Positions 1 to 7,394 of a DNA stretch of 32,000 bases are shown here, piece after piece; position 1 is the first letter of the stretch; every line of letters starts with the position of its first letter. The translations under genes were made by a program, and so were the position numbers. This DNA comes from an uncultured Chloroflexia bacterium (GTDB lineage: Bacteria > Chloroflexota > Ktedonobacteria > Ktedonobacterales > JADMIN01), in assembly GCA_963718915.1 (NCBI GenBank), contig CAVRAI010000003.1, positions 720,001 to 752,000 of the forward strand, read 5' to 3'. Under the pieces are notes generated by a model. That model did no database searches, was not told where the DNA came from, and worked only from the letters and a program-made list of their open reading frames with translations.

Positions 1-98
1 CTATACTTGCTCATCAGTCGGCAGGCAGCCATGCCGAACGATTCGATCAGGATCTCTTCGGGAGTATTCTGAACTTTGGCGCAACATCATCAAGGTAT

Positions 99-779
99 GT
101 GGCGCGCCGCGCACTGTTGGCCAGCATGAGAAGAGGGTTATTGAGTTCGGCCATGGAAACAAAGTATCGTATCATTTCTACTCAGCAGGTTTCTTCCTAC
201 AGACAACAACTCACAGCACGCGGCATTCGAGTTACCATTGGGTTTCATGCGACCTCTCGGAGTAAAGTTGAATCTATTCTGGAGAATGGCTTTGCGCCAA
301 GTCGCAATGGGTATGACTGGCTTGGTGATGGCGCATATTTCTGGGAAAATGATCTGGACCGCGCGGCACATTGGGCTAGGAGGCACTTCCGTTCGGAGCG
401 TGCGGTCATAGGAGTATTGCTGCGTCTTACTGGCTGTATGGACCTTCAGACACAGCGCAATTACTGGTTGAAGACGCTTCAGGCTGAATACATCGAGATT
501 CGGAACCTGCACAGGCGAAAAAGGATCAAATTGCCCAGGCAGACCCAGGGAGCGAATAGACTCGATTGCCTGGTTTTCAACAGTGCGATTGAACATATGG
601 CGGAGCGAGGCATTCTTGTTCAATCAGTACGCGAGATGTTTATCGAGGGCAAACCAGCCTGGTGGCGATCCGCGATCCGTACACAATCACATATACAGGT
701 GCCATTCGGGATGATAGCGTCATTGAGGCAGTCTGGATACTTGAGACACCAGAAGAATTCGCGGACGCTGATCGCATAG
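99..779 (+). CDS. hypothetical protein with PARP/ADP-ribosyltransferase-like (DUF3990-like) core motifs
   Basis: 226-aa ORF starting at GTG 99, with in-frame ATGs at 126 and 153 as alternative starts. FHATS...ILENGF...LGDGAYFWEN...AAHWA resembles the H-x-S/T and G-x-G-x-YF NAD-pocket motifs of H-Y-E ART folds. AEYIEI is a candidate catalytic-Glu strand. GC is lower than in neighbouring genes. The last ~25 aa look non-native, possibly because of an indel near 701. Confidence 0.45.
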   Translation: MARRALLASMRRGLLSSAMETKYRIISTQQVSSYRQQLTARGIRVTIGFHATSRSKVESILENGFAPSRNGYDWLGDGAYFWENDLDRAAHWARRHFRSERAVIGVLLRLTGCMDLQTQRNYWLKTLQAEYIEIRNLHRRKRIKLPRQTQGANRLDCLVFNSAIEHMAERGILVQSVREMFIEGKPAWWRSAIRTQSHIQVPFGMIASLRQSGYLRHQKNSRTLIA

Positions 780-828
780 TATATGGGGATAGATGATGAA
801 GACTGCCTCAGACAAAAGGCGTATCGCC

Positions 829-1437
829 TTAATTCCCTGTAGTTCCTGATTGCTGGAGCAACTTCCTCAAGACCGCATGCGCCTCCGCAAGTTGGCGTTT
901 TCTTTCTTGCTCCATCCACTGACTTAGCCGGGAATCAGGCGAGCTGAAGCCATGGGGCAATTTCCCACGAAGATTCTTCTGGAAGTCTCGATCAAGTTTT
1001 TGGAGCGTCGCCGCTAAATCCTTGATTGCCGCAAGCCCCTCGAACAAGGAACCTCCCCACTGAGCCAAAGGCGCAGGTTCGTCATGAGCAACACATGCCA
1101 CAAAACGGACACGAGCCTCTTCAAGCAACATAAAGGCTTGCTGGCTCTCACGAGACGCCGATATATACAGCATAACCTGTGGCGCGGACAACAGATCCGC
1201 GGCGTACTTGCTAATCGGGGGTTCCCCATTGGCGCCAGGAGCAGTTGGACCAGAAGCGTCTGTGGTCATCGCACGAGGATGAGGCGCATCATCATGCGCA
1301 GGGCCACCATCCTCTGCCGGACCTGTAAGCTCGGATGAATAATCGGGGTAGGTATTTACCGTAGTATTGGAGGCGACAGCGTGTATACGGCCATCTGATG
1401 GTTGAGAGGCCAAATGACCTCGGGTTCTTCGGGCCAT
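829..1437 (-). CDS. hypothetical protein (disordered Pro/Gly/Ala-rich N-terminus, small alpha/beta C-terminal domain)
   Basis: 202-aa ORF. A strong RBS AAGGAG lies 7 nt upstream of the ATG (reverse complement of 1438-1450). The C-terminal part (VMLYISASRESQQAFMLLEEARVRF) is faintly glutaredoxin-like but lacks Cys. Converges on the 99..779 ORF. Confidence 0.55.
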   Translation of the reverse strand: MARRTRGHLASQPSDGRIHAVASNTTVNTYPDYSSELTGPAEDGGPAHDDAPHPRAMTTDASGPTAPGANGEPPISKYAADLLSAPQVMLYISASRESQQAFMLLEEARVRFVACVAHDEPAPLAQWGGSLFEGLAAIKDLAATLQKLDRDFQKNLRGKLPHGFSSPDSRLSQWMEQERKRQLAEAHAVLRKLLQQSGTTGN

Positions 1438-1808
1438 TGTATATCTCCTTCACTGTTCCATCTTGACACAAGGGCGAGATGGTTCTAGTGTAGAGAACGC
1501 CTGTAGTACCTAACTACTATAGGTTAGCAGCTATTCATACACTATATTCAGTCGGCGCCGCATGAGACAGCAGGGCATTCGTGCAGACAAAGCGTGCCCC
1601 AAGTGTCTCACATTGTGTCAATGGCCCCAGATACCCTAAGGACGCCTCAGGTAAGGCAAACATTCCAGCGGATGCCTTGAAAGATCCTTCACGGCTGAGT
1701 AGAGCCGCAGAAGGAGATGCAAACACAAACATCTTGACACATTAGCACAAATGTACTGGCATTGCAAACCATACATCGCGTCAAGACTCCGATGCTATAT
1801 CTAAAAGA

Positions 1809-2261
1809 TCATTCGCTGGCAAGCACATCACGCAGCGCGGTGCGTTGCGGAGCCGGAAGCGCGGCAAGATAGTGCTCGCGCTCACGGGCGCACCACAGTC
1901 GTCGCGCTCGTTCCCAGCGCATCAGCTGAAGGTGTTGTATGCGCTGCCGCCAGTGTGGGCCGATGACCAGCAGGACGGCCAGCGCGGGAACCACGAAGGC
2001 GACCAGCAAGCCAATGCTCATGATGGCGAGCGCGGGCGTGAACCCTTGACCGGAGGGGCGGTAGAGGGCTGAGCCGACGCCGAAGAGCGCGGCCCCGGCC
2101 AGCGCGCAGACTGGCACGAAAACGCCGCGCCGCCGTTCCGCGGTTCGCACCTGGGCAGCGATATCCATGGGAACGGGTGGCCGCGGTGGTGAGAACGAGA
2201 GCAGATGTGGCTCAGGATACATCGGAGAGAGGTCTGGCCAGCCAAGTTCTGCCCAGGACAT
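1809..2261 (-). CDS. hypothetical membrane protein (2 predicted TM helices)
   Basis: The ORF is open to 2297 (TTG-ATG). The ATG at 2261 is preceded by GGAGGGAGG with 8-nt spacing, so it is preferred. Two hydrophobic helices: VFVPVCALAGAALFGVGSALY and ALAIMSIGLLVAFVVPALAVLLVI. Confidence 0.5.
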   Translation of the reverse strand: MSWAELGWPDLSPMYPEPHLLSFSPPRPPVPMDIAAQVRTAERRRGVFVPVCALAGAALFGVGSALYRPSGQGFTPALAIMSIGLLVAFVVPALAVLLVIGPHWRQRIQHLQLMRWERARRLWCAREREHYLAALPAPQRTALRDVLASE

Positions 2262-2360
2262 ATCGGCAGCCTCCCTCCGCGTATCTTCCGGCATCAAGTC
2301 GTGCTGAGCTTTACCGATCCCTGCGGGCTTTTGCCTGAATGGTCTGGTAGATGGTAGCTA

Positions 2361-3308
2361 CTAACCGTTCAGCGTCGTGGCGAGGATCGCCGCAAAGACG
2401 ACCAGCGCCGCGCAGGTGAAGAACAACACGATGGCCGCCGGGAGCAACACGACGGCGACCGACTTGCCAGTCGATAACCGCTGGCTGGCGGCGATGGCAA
2501 AGACGGCCAGGACAATCTCGTAGATCCCCAGTACGATGGAAACGATGCCACCCAGCACGGGTAGAAGTCCCAGCAGGGCGGTGACAGCCTGGATGGGCAC
2601 ATAAAAGAGCGCCATCGCATACGACTGCTGCAGGAATGTGCCTGTACCGCCGAAGATTTTGGCCACCAGAAACAGGATGGCGACGCCGATGAAGAAGCCC
2701 AGTGGTACCCCGATGATCGTGAACCAGCTCGTTCCCGTAGGGATATGCACAGTCGTCGTCGTTCCGTTGCCCTGGGGAATTGTGAAGGTCTGGATGGTAT
2801 ACAGCGCGGCGATGGCTCCGGTGATCGCCGACAAGATCCCTAGTCCAATCAGGCTGATCCAGATGTCACTCCAGTTCGCCGTGGGCAGCTCCTGCGTGAA
2901 GGACGCGACGCCCGGCTTCGTAGTGACATTGATCCACTTTTGCCAGATATGGCTCATCCCGGCGGGGACAGGTTGGCCTAGCGGCGCCGCGTAGGCCGCG
3001 CCATACGCGCCTCCGGTCGCGCCGCCGTATGCGCCACCGGGCGGTGGAGGGTACGCTCCGGCGGGTCCTGCTGGCGGAGGTGTGCCGTATGTCCCGCCGT
3101 ACGCCCCGGTGTAGGTTCCAGATGGCCCTGCTGGCGGAGGTGTGCCGTTTGGTTCGTCAGGGGGTCTGTACGCGCCGGGATTGGCAGGCTCCTGAGGATT
3201 ACCGCTATAGCCAGCGCCTGGTGTATCCTGTGGTGGTGTTGGTGGGTTCGCTGGAGTCGGTGGCTGTTCCCGCGGGTCGCGCGGAACCTGATTGGGATCG
3301 GTCGTCAT
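2361..3308 (-). CDS. Yip1-domain-like integral membrane protein with Pro/Gly/Tyr-rich N-terminal tail
   Basis: The ORF is open to 3374. The preferred start is the ATG at 3308 (MTTDPNQ). The low-complexity PPPAGP/GAYGG N-terminus is followed by about 5 TM helices (WISLIGLGILSAITGAIAALY..., IIGVPLGFFIGVAILFLVAKIFGG...), as in Yip1/DUF1282-type proteins. Confidence 0.6.
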   Translation of the reverse strand: MTTDPNQVPRDPREQPPTPANPPTPPQDTPGAGYSGNPQEPANPGAYRPPDEPNGTPPPAGPSGTYTGAYGGTYGTPPPAGPAGAYPPPPGGAYGGATGGAYGAAYAAPLGQPVPAGMSHIWQKWINVTTKPGVASFTQELPTANWSDIWISLIGLGILSAITGAIAALYTIQTFTIPQGNGTTTTVHIPTGTSWFTIIGVPLGFFIGVAILFLVAKIFGGTGTFLQQSYAMALFYVPIQAVTALLGLLPVLGGIVSIVLGIYEIVLAVFAIAASQRLSTGKSVAVVLLPAAIVLFFTCAALVVFAAILATTLNG

Positions 3309-3699
3309 CGTCGTACCGCCTTTGCCTTGCAGACGCGCGGAGAAGCGCTCAACTGCCGGGCGCAGCCTCGACAACCCGCATACCCCAGGCTGTCTGGGCG
3401 CGCCTCGATTTCATCCTTGGCTTCATCTACGGGGTGCTGTAATACGATGTGCGGTCGGCGAAGTGGGAGGTCGTCTTCTCGCCGCTTCGCCATGGGACAT
3501 TTCCCACAACTATCTGATAAATAGGCGCGTGCTGTGCGCTCTGCCGTCCTACGCGACCGTCATGAAGATACCGCTGCCATACGGTATGATCGCTGCGTCA
3601 TGACGCCATCGTGCCATCACCGGGCACGTGTCGGACATTGTATCACGGATCGTCCAGGCCCGAACTCGGCAAAAATGCGCTGCGCTCACATCCTGACTA

Positions 3700-4137
3700 C
3701 TACCGCCGATAGTCCACGGTGAGCTGGCGGTCGCGGATGAAGCGCTCGACGGTGCGGCCCTCCGGCACCGTCACCAGCCGGGTATCCGTCTCGCGGCGCA
3801 GCACGAAGTTGAAGGCGGTCGTGGAGTCATCGGGCACCGACCACAGGGGGCGGGCAAAGATGGGCTGGACGATCTCCCAGCCATCGGCCAGCGCCGTGCG
3901 TAGCTCGGTGAACCGCTGGCGAACGCCGCTCCGTGGCTGGGTTGTCTTCCCTGCTGTTGTCGCGGCGGGGTGTGTCACGGGCAGGCGCAGCACGGGCGCG
4001 GTGATCGCGCAGGCAACGGCGGATGAGCGCGCAATGGAGGGCGAACTGGCACGCGCCGCACGACGGCTACGCGCTTCGGCGAGGTCGATGACCGGCGCAG
4101 GCTCACGCACACGCGCGGTAGATGTTCTCCTGGCCAT
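3700..4137 (-). CDS. hypothetical protein, third gene of the mraZ-rsmH transcription unit
   Basis: 145-aa ORF. A GGAGG RBS lies 8 nt upstream of the ATG, 21 nt after the rsmH stop. Arg/Ala/Ser-rich N-terminus and a compact C-terminal domain (WEIVQPIFARPLWSVPDD...). No TM helix, so it is not an obvious FtsL. Confidence 0.55.
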   Translation of the reverse strand: MARRTSTARVREPAPVIDLAEARSRRAARASSPSIARSSAVACAITAPVLRLPVTHPAATTAGKTTQPRSGVRQRFTELRTALADGWEIVQPIFARPLWSVPDDSTTAFNFVLRRETDTRLVTVPEGRTVERFIRDRQLTVDYRR

Positions 4138-4158
4138 AATTCTAGCCTCCAGTTCTGC

Positions 4159-5154
4159 CTAGTTCCCAGCCTCAATCTTTGCTTCGATCTTTTCCGCCAC
4201 CCGCAGCTTCGCGCTTCGGGCGCGTGGATTCGTCGCCGTCTCTGTCTCGCTCGCCGTCAATGGATGGCGCGTCACGATACGCAGCCGTGGCGCGCGCCCA
4301 CAGACGCACTCTGGCAGTTCCGGCGGGCAGACGCAGCCACGCTCCTCCTGCTGGAAGAACCGCTTGACGATGCGATCTTCGAGCGAGTGAAAGCTGATAA
4401 CCGCCAGCCGGCCGCCGGGCCGCAGCAGGTCAGTCGCCGCCGGGAGCGCAGCCTCCAGGCTGGCCAGCTCGTCGTTGACGGCGATGCGCAGCGCCTGAAA
4501 TGTGCGCGTCGCCGGATGAATGCCACCGGGCCGCCCATGCACGACGCCCGCCACCAGCCGCGCCAGCTCGCCTGTGCGTGTGATCGGCTGCCGTTGCCGC
4601 GCCTCACCGATGCGCCGCGCGATAGCCCTTGACCGCCGCTCCTCGCCGTAGCGCCAGAGCAGATCGGCCAGTTCGGCCTCTGGTAGTGTGTTCACCAGAT
4701 CAGCCGCCGAAACGCCGCGCGTCGTATCGAAGCGCATATCGAGTGGCGCGTCATGGGAGAAGCTGAAGCCGCGCTCGCGGTCGGCAAGCTGATCGGACGA
4801 GAGGCCGAGGTCGAGCAGGATGCCGTCAACCGGGGCAAAATCCGCCGCCGTTGCCAGTTCGCCCATCCGCGCAAAGTTACCGTGAACGAGCAGCAGCCGT
4901 CCAGCGGCAATGGCCTCGGGCAGCAGTGTCCGCGCGCGTTCCAGCGCCAGCGGATCGGCGTCTATCGCCAGCACCCGGCCATCTGGCGCGGAGGCGTCGA
5001 GCAGCAGACTGGTATGTCCCGCGCCGCCGAGCGTGCCATCGAGATAGCGACCACCGGCATGCGGCTGGAGCGCGGACAACGCCTCGTCCGGCATCACGGG
5101 CATGTGTACCGTTGACGTCGCCACGGGCGGTATTCCGCGCTCTTCTGCTGTCAT
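4159..5154 (-). CDS. rsmH: 16S rRNA (cytosine1402-N4)-methyltransferase RsmH (MraW)
   Basis: HMPVM...[12 protein letters not shown] (SAM-binding motif), [17 protein letters not shown] and the C-terminal [10 protein letters not shown] are classical RsmH motifs. Lies immediately downstream of mraZ. Confidence 0.95.
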   Translation of the reverse strand: MTAEERGIPPVATSTVHMPVMPDEALSALQPHAGGRYLDGTLGGAGHTSLLLDASAPDGRVLAIDADPLALERARTLLPEAIAAGRLLLVHGNFARMGELATAADFAPVDGILLDLGLSSDQLADRERGFSFSHDAPLDMRFDTTRGVSAADLVNTLPEAELADLLWRYGEERRSRAIARRIGEARQRQPITRTGELARLVAGVVHGRPGGIHPATRTFQALRIAVNDELASLEAALPAATDLLRPGGRLAVISFHSLEDRIVKRFFQQEERGCVCPPELPECVCGRAPRLRIVTRHPLTASETETATNPRARSAKLRVAEKIEAKIEAGN

Positions 5155-5203
5155 CGCTGGCTGTGCTTTAGTCGTTGTCGTGCTCCCTGGTTGTAGTCGC
5201 TCG

Positions 5204-5623
5204 CTAGAACGGAAGTTGCAGTATCGTCAGGTCTTCCTGCTCCATCTCTTCGTTGTAGCGCTCCCACTCGGAGGGACTCCAGATCTCGAAATGGTCGTGT
5301 ACCCCAATAACTACCGCCTCGCCATTCAGCCCGGCGTACTTGCGAAACTTCGCGGGTATGATGATGCGCCCCTGCGTGTCCATCTCGCATGCGTCTGATG
5401 TACTGAAGAAGCGGTGCATCAGCATCCGGCGTATCTTGGGATTGGGATTGGAGGCTGCCAGTTCGCTGCCTTTCTGCTCCCAGGCGTCCAGTTGATAGAC
5501 ATAGAGGCACTGCTCCACCCCACGCGACAATGCGGCCCCGCCCTCGATCTGCGGACGGAAGCGCGTCGGAATGGCCAGTCGCCCCTTGGCGTCAATCTTG
5601 TACTGAAACTCGCCTAAAAACAC
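5204..5623 (-). CDS. mraZ: transcriptional regulator MraZ
   Basis: [18 protein letters not shown] and a second half-domain with DTQGRIIIP (duplicated SpoVT/AbrB-like MraZ repeats). GTG start at 5623 with GGAGG 5 nt upstream. The 216-aa track ORF (to 5854) is an artefactual 5' extension. Confidence 0.93.
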   Translation of the reverse strand: MFLGEFQYKIDAKGRLAIPTRFRPQIEGGAALSRGVEQCLYVYQLDAWEQKGSELAASNPNPKIRRMLMHRFFSTSDACEMDTQGRIIIPAKFRKYAGLNGEAVVIGVHDHFEIWSPSEWERYNEEMEQEDLTILQLPF

Positions 5624-5672
5624 CACGACCTCCGCTGGCGGGTGGCAAATGGTGGGAATGCTCTTCACACTT

Positions 5673-5698
5673 CCCCACTTAGCCCCACTTAGCCCCAC
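5673..5698 (-). promoter_or_regulatory. putative MraZ operator: three GTGGGG boxes with 10-bp phasing
   Basis: The minus strand reads GTGGGGCTAA GTGGGGCTAA GTGGGG, 50-75 nt upstream of the mraZ start and 6 nt downstream of a TATACT -10-like hexamer (5705-5710). Phased GTGG/TGGG direct repeats are the known MraZ-binding architecture. Confidence 0.55.
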
Positions 5699-5738
5699 GC
5701 ATTCAGTATAGCCCCCCACCAGCCCACCTCCTACCCCT

Positions 5739-5840
5739 TTATCCACGACTTTATCCCCCAGTTCTCCACAAGCCGTGGATAAGCCGTGGACAAGCTGTGG
5801 GGGATTTGGGTGGATATGGGGGTAAGTGGGGCGATGGGGC
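5739..5840. repeat. field of 10-11-bp phased GTGG(A/G) repeats, several matching the DnaA-box 9-mer with one mismatch
   Basis: TTATCCACG (5739-5747), TTCTCCACA (5762-5770), reverse-strand TTATCCACG (5774-5782), reverse-strand TTGTCCACG (5785-5793), reverse-strand ATATCCACC (5809-5817). The plus strand reads CCGTGGATAAG CCGTGGACAAG CTGTGGGGGAT TTGGGTGGATA TGGGGGTAAG TGGGGCGA TGGGGCAAG. Confidence 0.5.
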
Positions 5841-5902
5841 AAGAGGGCGACCAATGAGCAGGGCGCGTCGGAAGTGAAACCGAGTCCGGCTGAATTGTTG
5901 TC

Positions 5903-6039
5903 TAGCGAACGCGCCGGAAGCCAAAAGGCTCCAGCGAATGGGTGGGAAAATTCGCCGTAGCATTATGGAGTTTTACAATGTACGCCGAACACCGCACGTC
6001 GTGGTGGGCGCGGCAGACCGTAGCATAATGTAGTTTTAC
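5903..6039 (+). repeat. left array of ~23-nt CCGTAGC-RTRATG-N3-TTTTA motifs (two forward copies)
   Basis: CGCCGTAGCATTATGGAGTTTTAC (ends at 5976) and GACCGTAGCATAATGTAGTTTTAC (ends at 6039), about 60 bp apart. 5903-5976 is about 70% identical to the reverse complement of 7488-7557. Confidence 0.6.
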
Positions 6040-6317
6040 TAAATAACGTGAGTTCGGGATAAGCGAAATGCCTTCAACAGAGATATGATGCGGTTTACGA
6101 CACCCCGTCAGTCCCTGAATGGAGGCATTGTCATGAGTATACTCGACCTGGACGCCTTGTACTGCTCCGTGGATGCGTTCTGGCAGGTCTTTGAGCCGTG
6201 GTGGGAGCGCGAGTTGCTCGTCTCGGGGACGCGCCGTCGTCGACGCGCGACCCGGCTGCATCCCAGTGAAATTATGACCATCGCGATCCTCTTGCAGCAG
6301 TCGGGCTACCGCACCTT

Positions 6318-6359
6318 CAAAGCGTTCTATACAAAGCGTTCTATACAAAGCGTTCTATA
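6318..6359. repeat. tandem repeat, 14-bp unit x3 (CAAAGCGTTCTATA)
   Basis: Three perfect copies, read directly. The 28 extra nt shift the transposase frame. Confidence 0.95.
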
Positions 6360-6416
6360 CTGAGTATGTGCAGGTGCATCTGCGCCGGGAGTTTCCGCAC
6401 CTCGTGAGCTACAATC

Positions 6417-6486
6417 GCTGCATCGAATTGCTGCATCGAATTGCTGCATCGAATTGCTGCATCGAATTGCTGCATCGAATTGCTGC
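6417..6486. repeat. tandem repeat, 13-bp unit x5 plus a partial copy (GCTGCATCGAATT)
   Basis: Five perfect copies (6417-6481) plus GCTGC. The 52 extra nt shift the frame. Confidence 0.95.
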
Positions 6487-6543
6487 CGCGAGTCCTCCTT
6501 CCGCTCGCCGTCTACCTGCGCACGCAATGTGGAACCTGCACCG

Positions 6544-6565
6544 GTGTCAGCTTCGTGTCAGCTTC
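6544..6565. repeat. tandem duplication, 11-bp unit x2 (GTGTCAGCTTC)
   Basis: Two perfect copies inside the GVSFIDST (first DDE Asp) region. 11 extra nt. Confidence 0.95.
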
Positions 6566-6784
6566 ATTGACTCGACGGCCCTCGCGGTCTGTCACCCGGC
6601 GCGCATCCACCAGCATCGGGTCTTTCGCGTGGATGCCCGGCGGGGCAAGACCTCGGTGGGCTGGTTCTTCGGCTTCAAACTGCATCTGGTGGTCAACGAC
6701 CGCGGCGAACTGCTGGCGTTTTGTCTTCCCCCCGGCAACGTCGATGACCGTCAGCCTGTGCCACGCTTGGTGCGTGGCACGCAT

Positions 6785-6856
6785 CGCCTCTTCGGTCGCC
6801 TCTTCGGTCGCCTCTTCGGTCGCCTCTTCGGCCGCCTCTTCGGCCGCCTCTTCGCC
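6785..6856. repeat. tandem repeat, 12-bp unit x6 (CGCCTCTTCGGT x3, ..GGC x2, ..GCC x1)
   Basis: Six copies with 3' variants. In frame, encoding (RLFG)n-RLFA just before the DKGY Asp. Confidence 0.95.
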
Positions 6857-6858
6857 GA

Positions 6859-6878
6859 CAAAGGCTACCAAAGGCTAC
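6859..6878. repeat. tandem duplication, 10-bp unit x2 (CAAAGGCTAC)
   Basis: Two perfect copies inside the DKGYIS codons. 10 extra nt. Confidence 0.95.
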
Positions 6879-6887
6879 ATCTCGGCG

Positions 6888-6943
6888 GCGCTCGCTGAGC
6901 AGCGCTCGCTGAGCAGCGCTCGCTGAGCAGCGCTCGCTGAGCA
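6888..6943. repeat. tandem repeat, 14-bp unit x4 (GCGCTCGCTGAGCA)
   Basis: Four perfect copies. The 42 extra nt keep the frame overall, but the phase-shifted copies create a TGA. Confidence 0.95.
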
Positions 6944-7292
6944 GCTCTTGCTCACTCAGCGCCTGCGCCTCATTACCAAACTGCGCAAAAATATGCGCCA
7001 TGTGCTCATGCCCCTGGCCGACAAACTCCTGCTCCGCAAACGGGCGATCATTGAGAGCATCAACGACCAACTCAAGAACATCTGCCAGATTGAGCATACC
7101 CGCCACCGCAGCCCGCTCAACTTCCTCGTGCATCTCTTCGCCGGATTGGTCGCCTACTGCCGCCAACCCAAGAAACCCTCCCTCGTCCAAGAGCAGGAGA
7201 TGCCCGTTCATGTTACCCTGTAGTTATCCCGAACTCACGTTAATTACGACGGACCGCCACGGCGGCGGGCGACTGAAGTCGCGCCTGAAGGG

Positions 7293-7320
7293 CCTCGCCT
7301 GCTGCGCCTCGCCTGCTGCG
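7293..7320. repeat. tandem duplication, 14-bp unit x2 (CCTCGCCTGCTGCG)
   Basis: Two perfect copies, about 50 bp outside the right IS end. Confidence 0.95.
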
Positions 7321-7394
7321 CACGCTCCGCCACGACACCCGCCTGCGCGGGTTGCCCAGAACCGCTCGCCAGCGGGGAGCCGTTGGGACACGGT

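Larger units (their letters stand above)
6133..7223 (+). pseudogene. IS982-family DDE transposase, disrupted by six tandem multiplications
   Basis: ATG at 6133 with GGAGG 7 nt upstream. Fragments lie in three frames (track ORFs 6085, 6368, 6441, 6948) and carry [67 protein letters not shown] and IEHTRHRS. Removing 203 nt of tandem copies gives an open 888-nt frame. Confidence 0.85.
6041..7245 (+). mobile_element. IS982-family insertion sequence (defective copy)
   Basis: Perfect 19-bp terminal inverted repeats TAACGTGAGTTCGGGATAA (6044-6062) and TTATCCCGAACTCACGTTA (7224-7242), extendable to 22 bp with one mismatch. They enclose a DDE transposase with IS982-type motifs. No clear target-site duplication was seen. 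Confidence 0.85.

Noticed and set aside
1535-1732. 65-aa minus-strand ORF in the 1438-1808 spacer
   Set aside because: No RBS and no recognisable motif. It lies in the probable promoter/leader region of the 829..1437 gene and cannot be supported as coding.
5739-5817. Replication origin (oriC) suggested by the DnaA-box-like 9-mers
   Set aside because: There is no adjacent AT-rich unwinding element and no dnaA, dnaN or other origin-linked gene. The boxes coincide with the GTGG phased repeats expected for MraZ, and each has a mismatch to the consensus. Kept only as a regulatory possibility.
5624-5854. N-terminal 77-aa extension of the mraZ ORF (216-aa track ORF)
   Set aside because: MraZ proteins start at (M)FLGE. 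A GTG with a GGAGG RBS sits exactly there (5623). The extension is a read-through of the GTGGGG repeat and promoter region (translated as HPNPPQ... and GGGLVGG).
6318-6943. Could the clustered direct repeats be a CRISPR array?
   Set aside because: The units are 10-14 bp and directly abutting, with no spacers. They lie within a transposase reading frame, and each array has a different unit.
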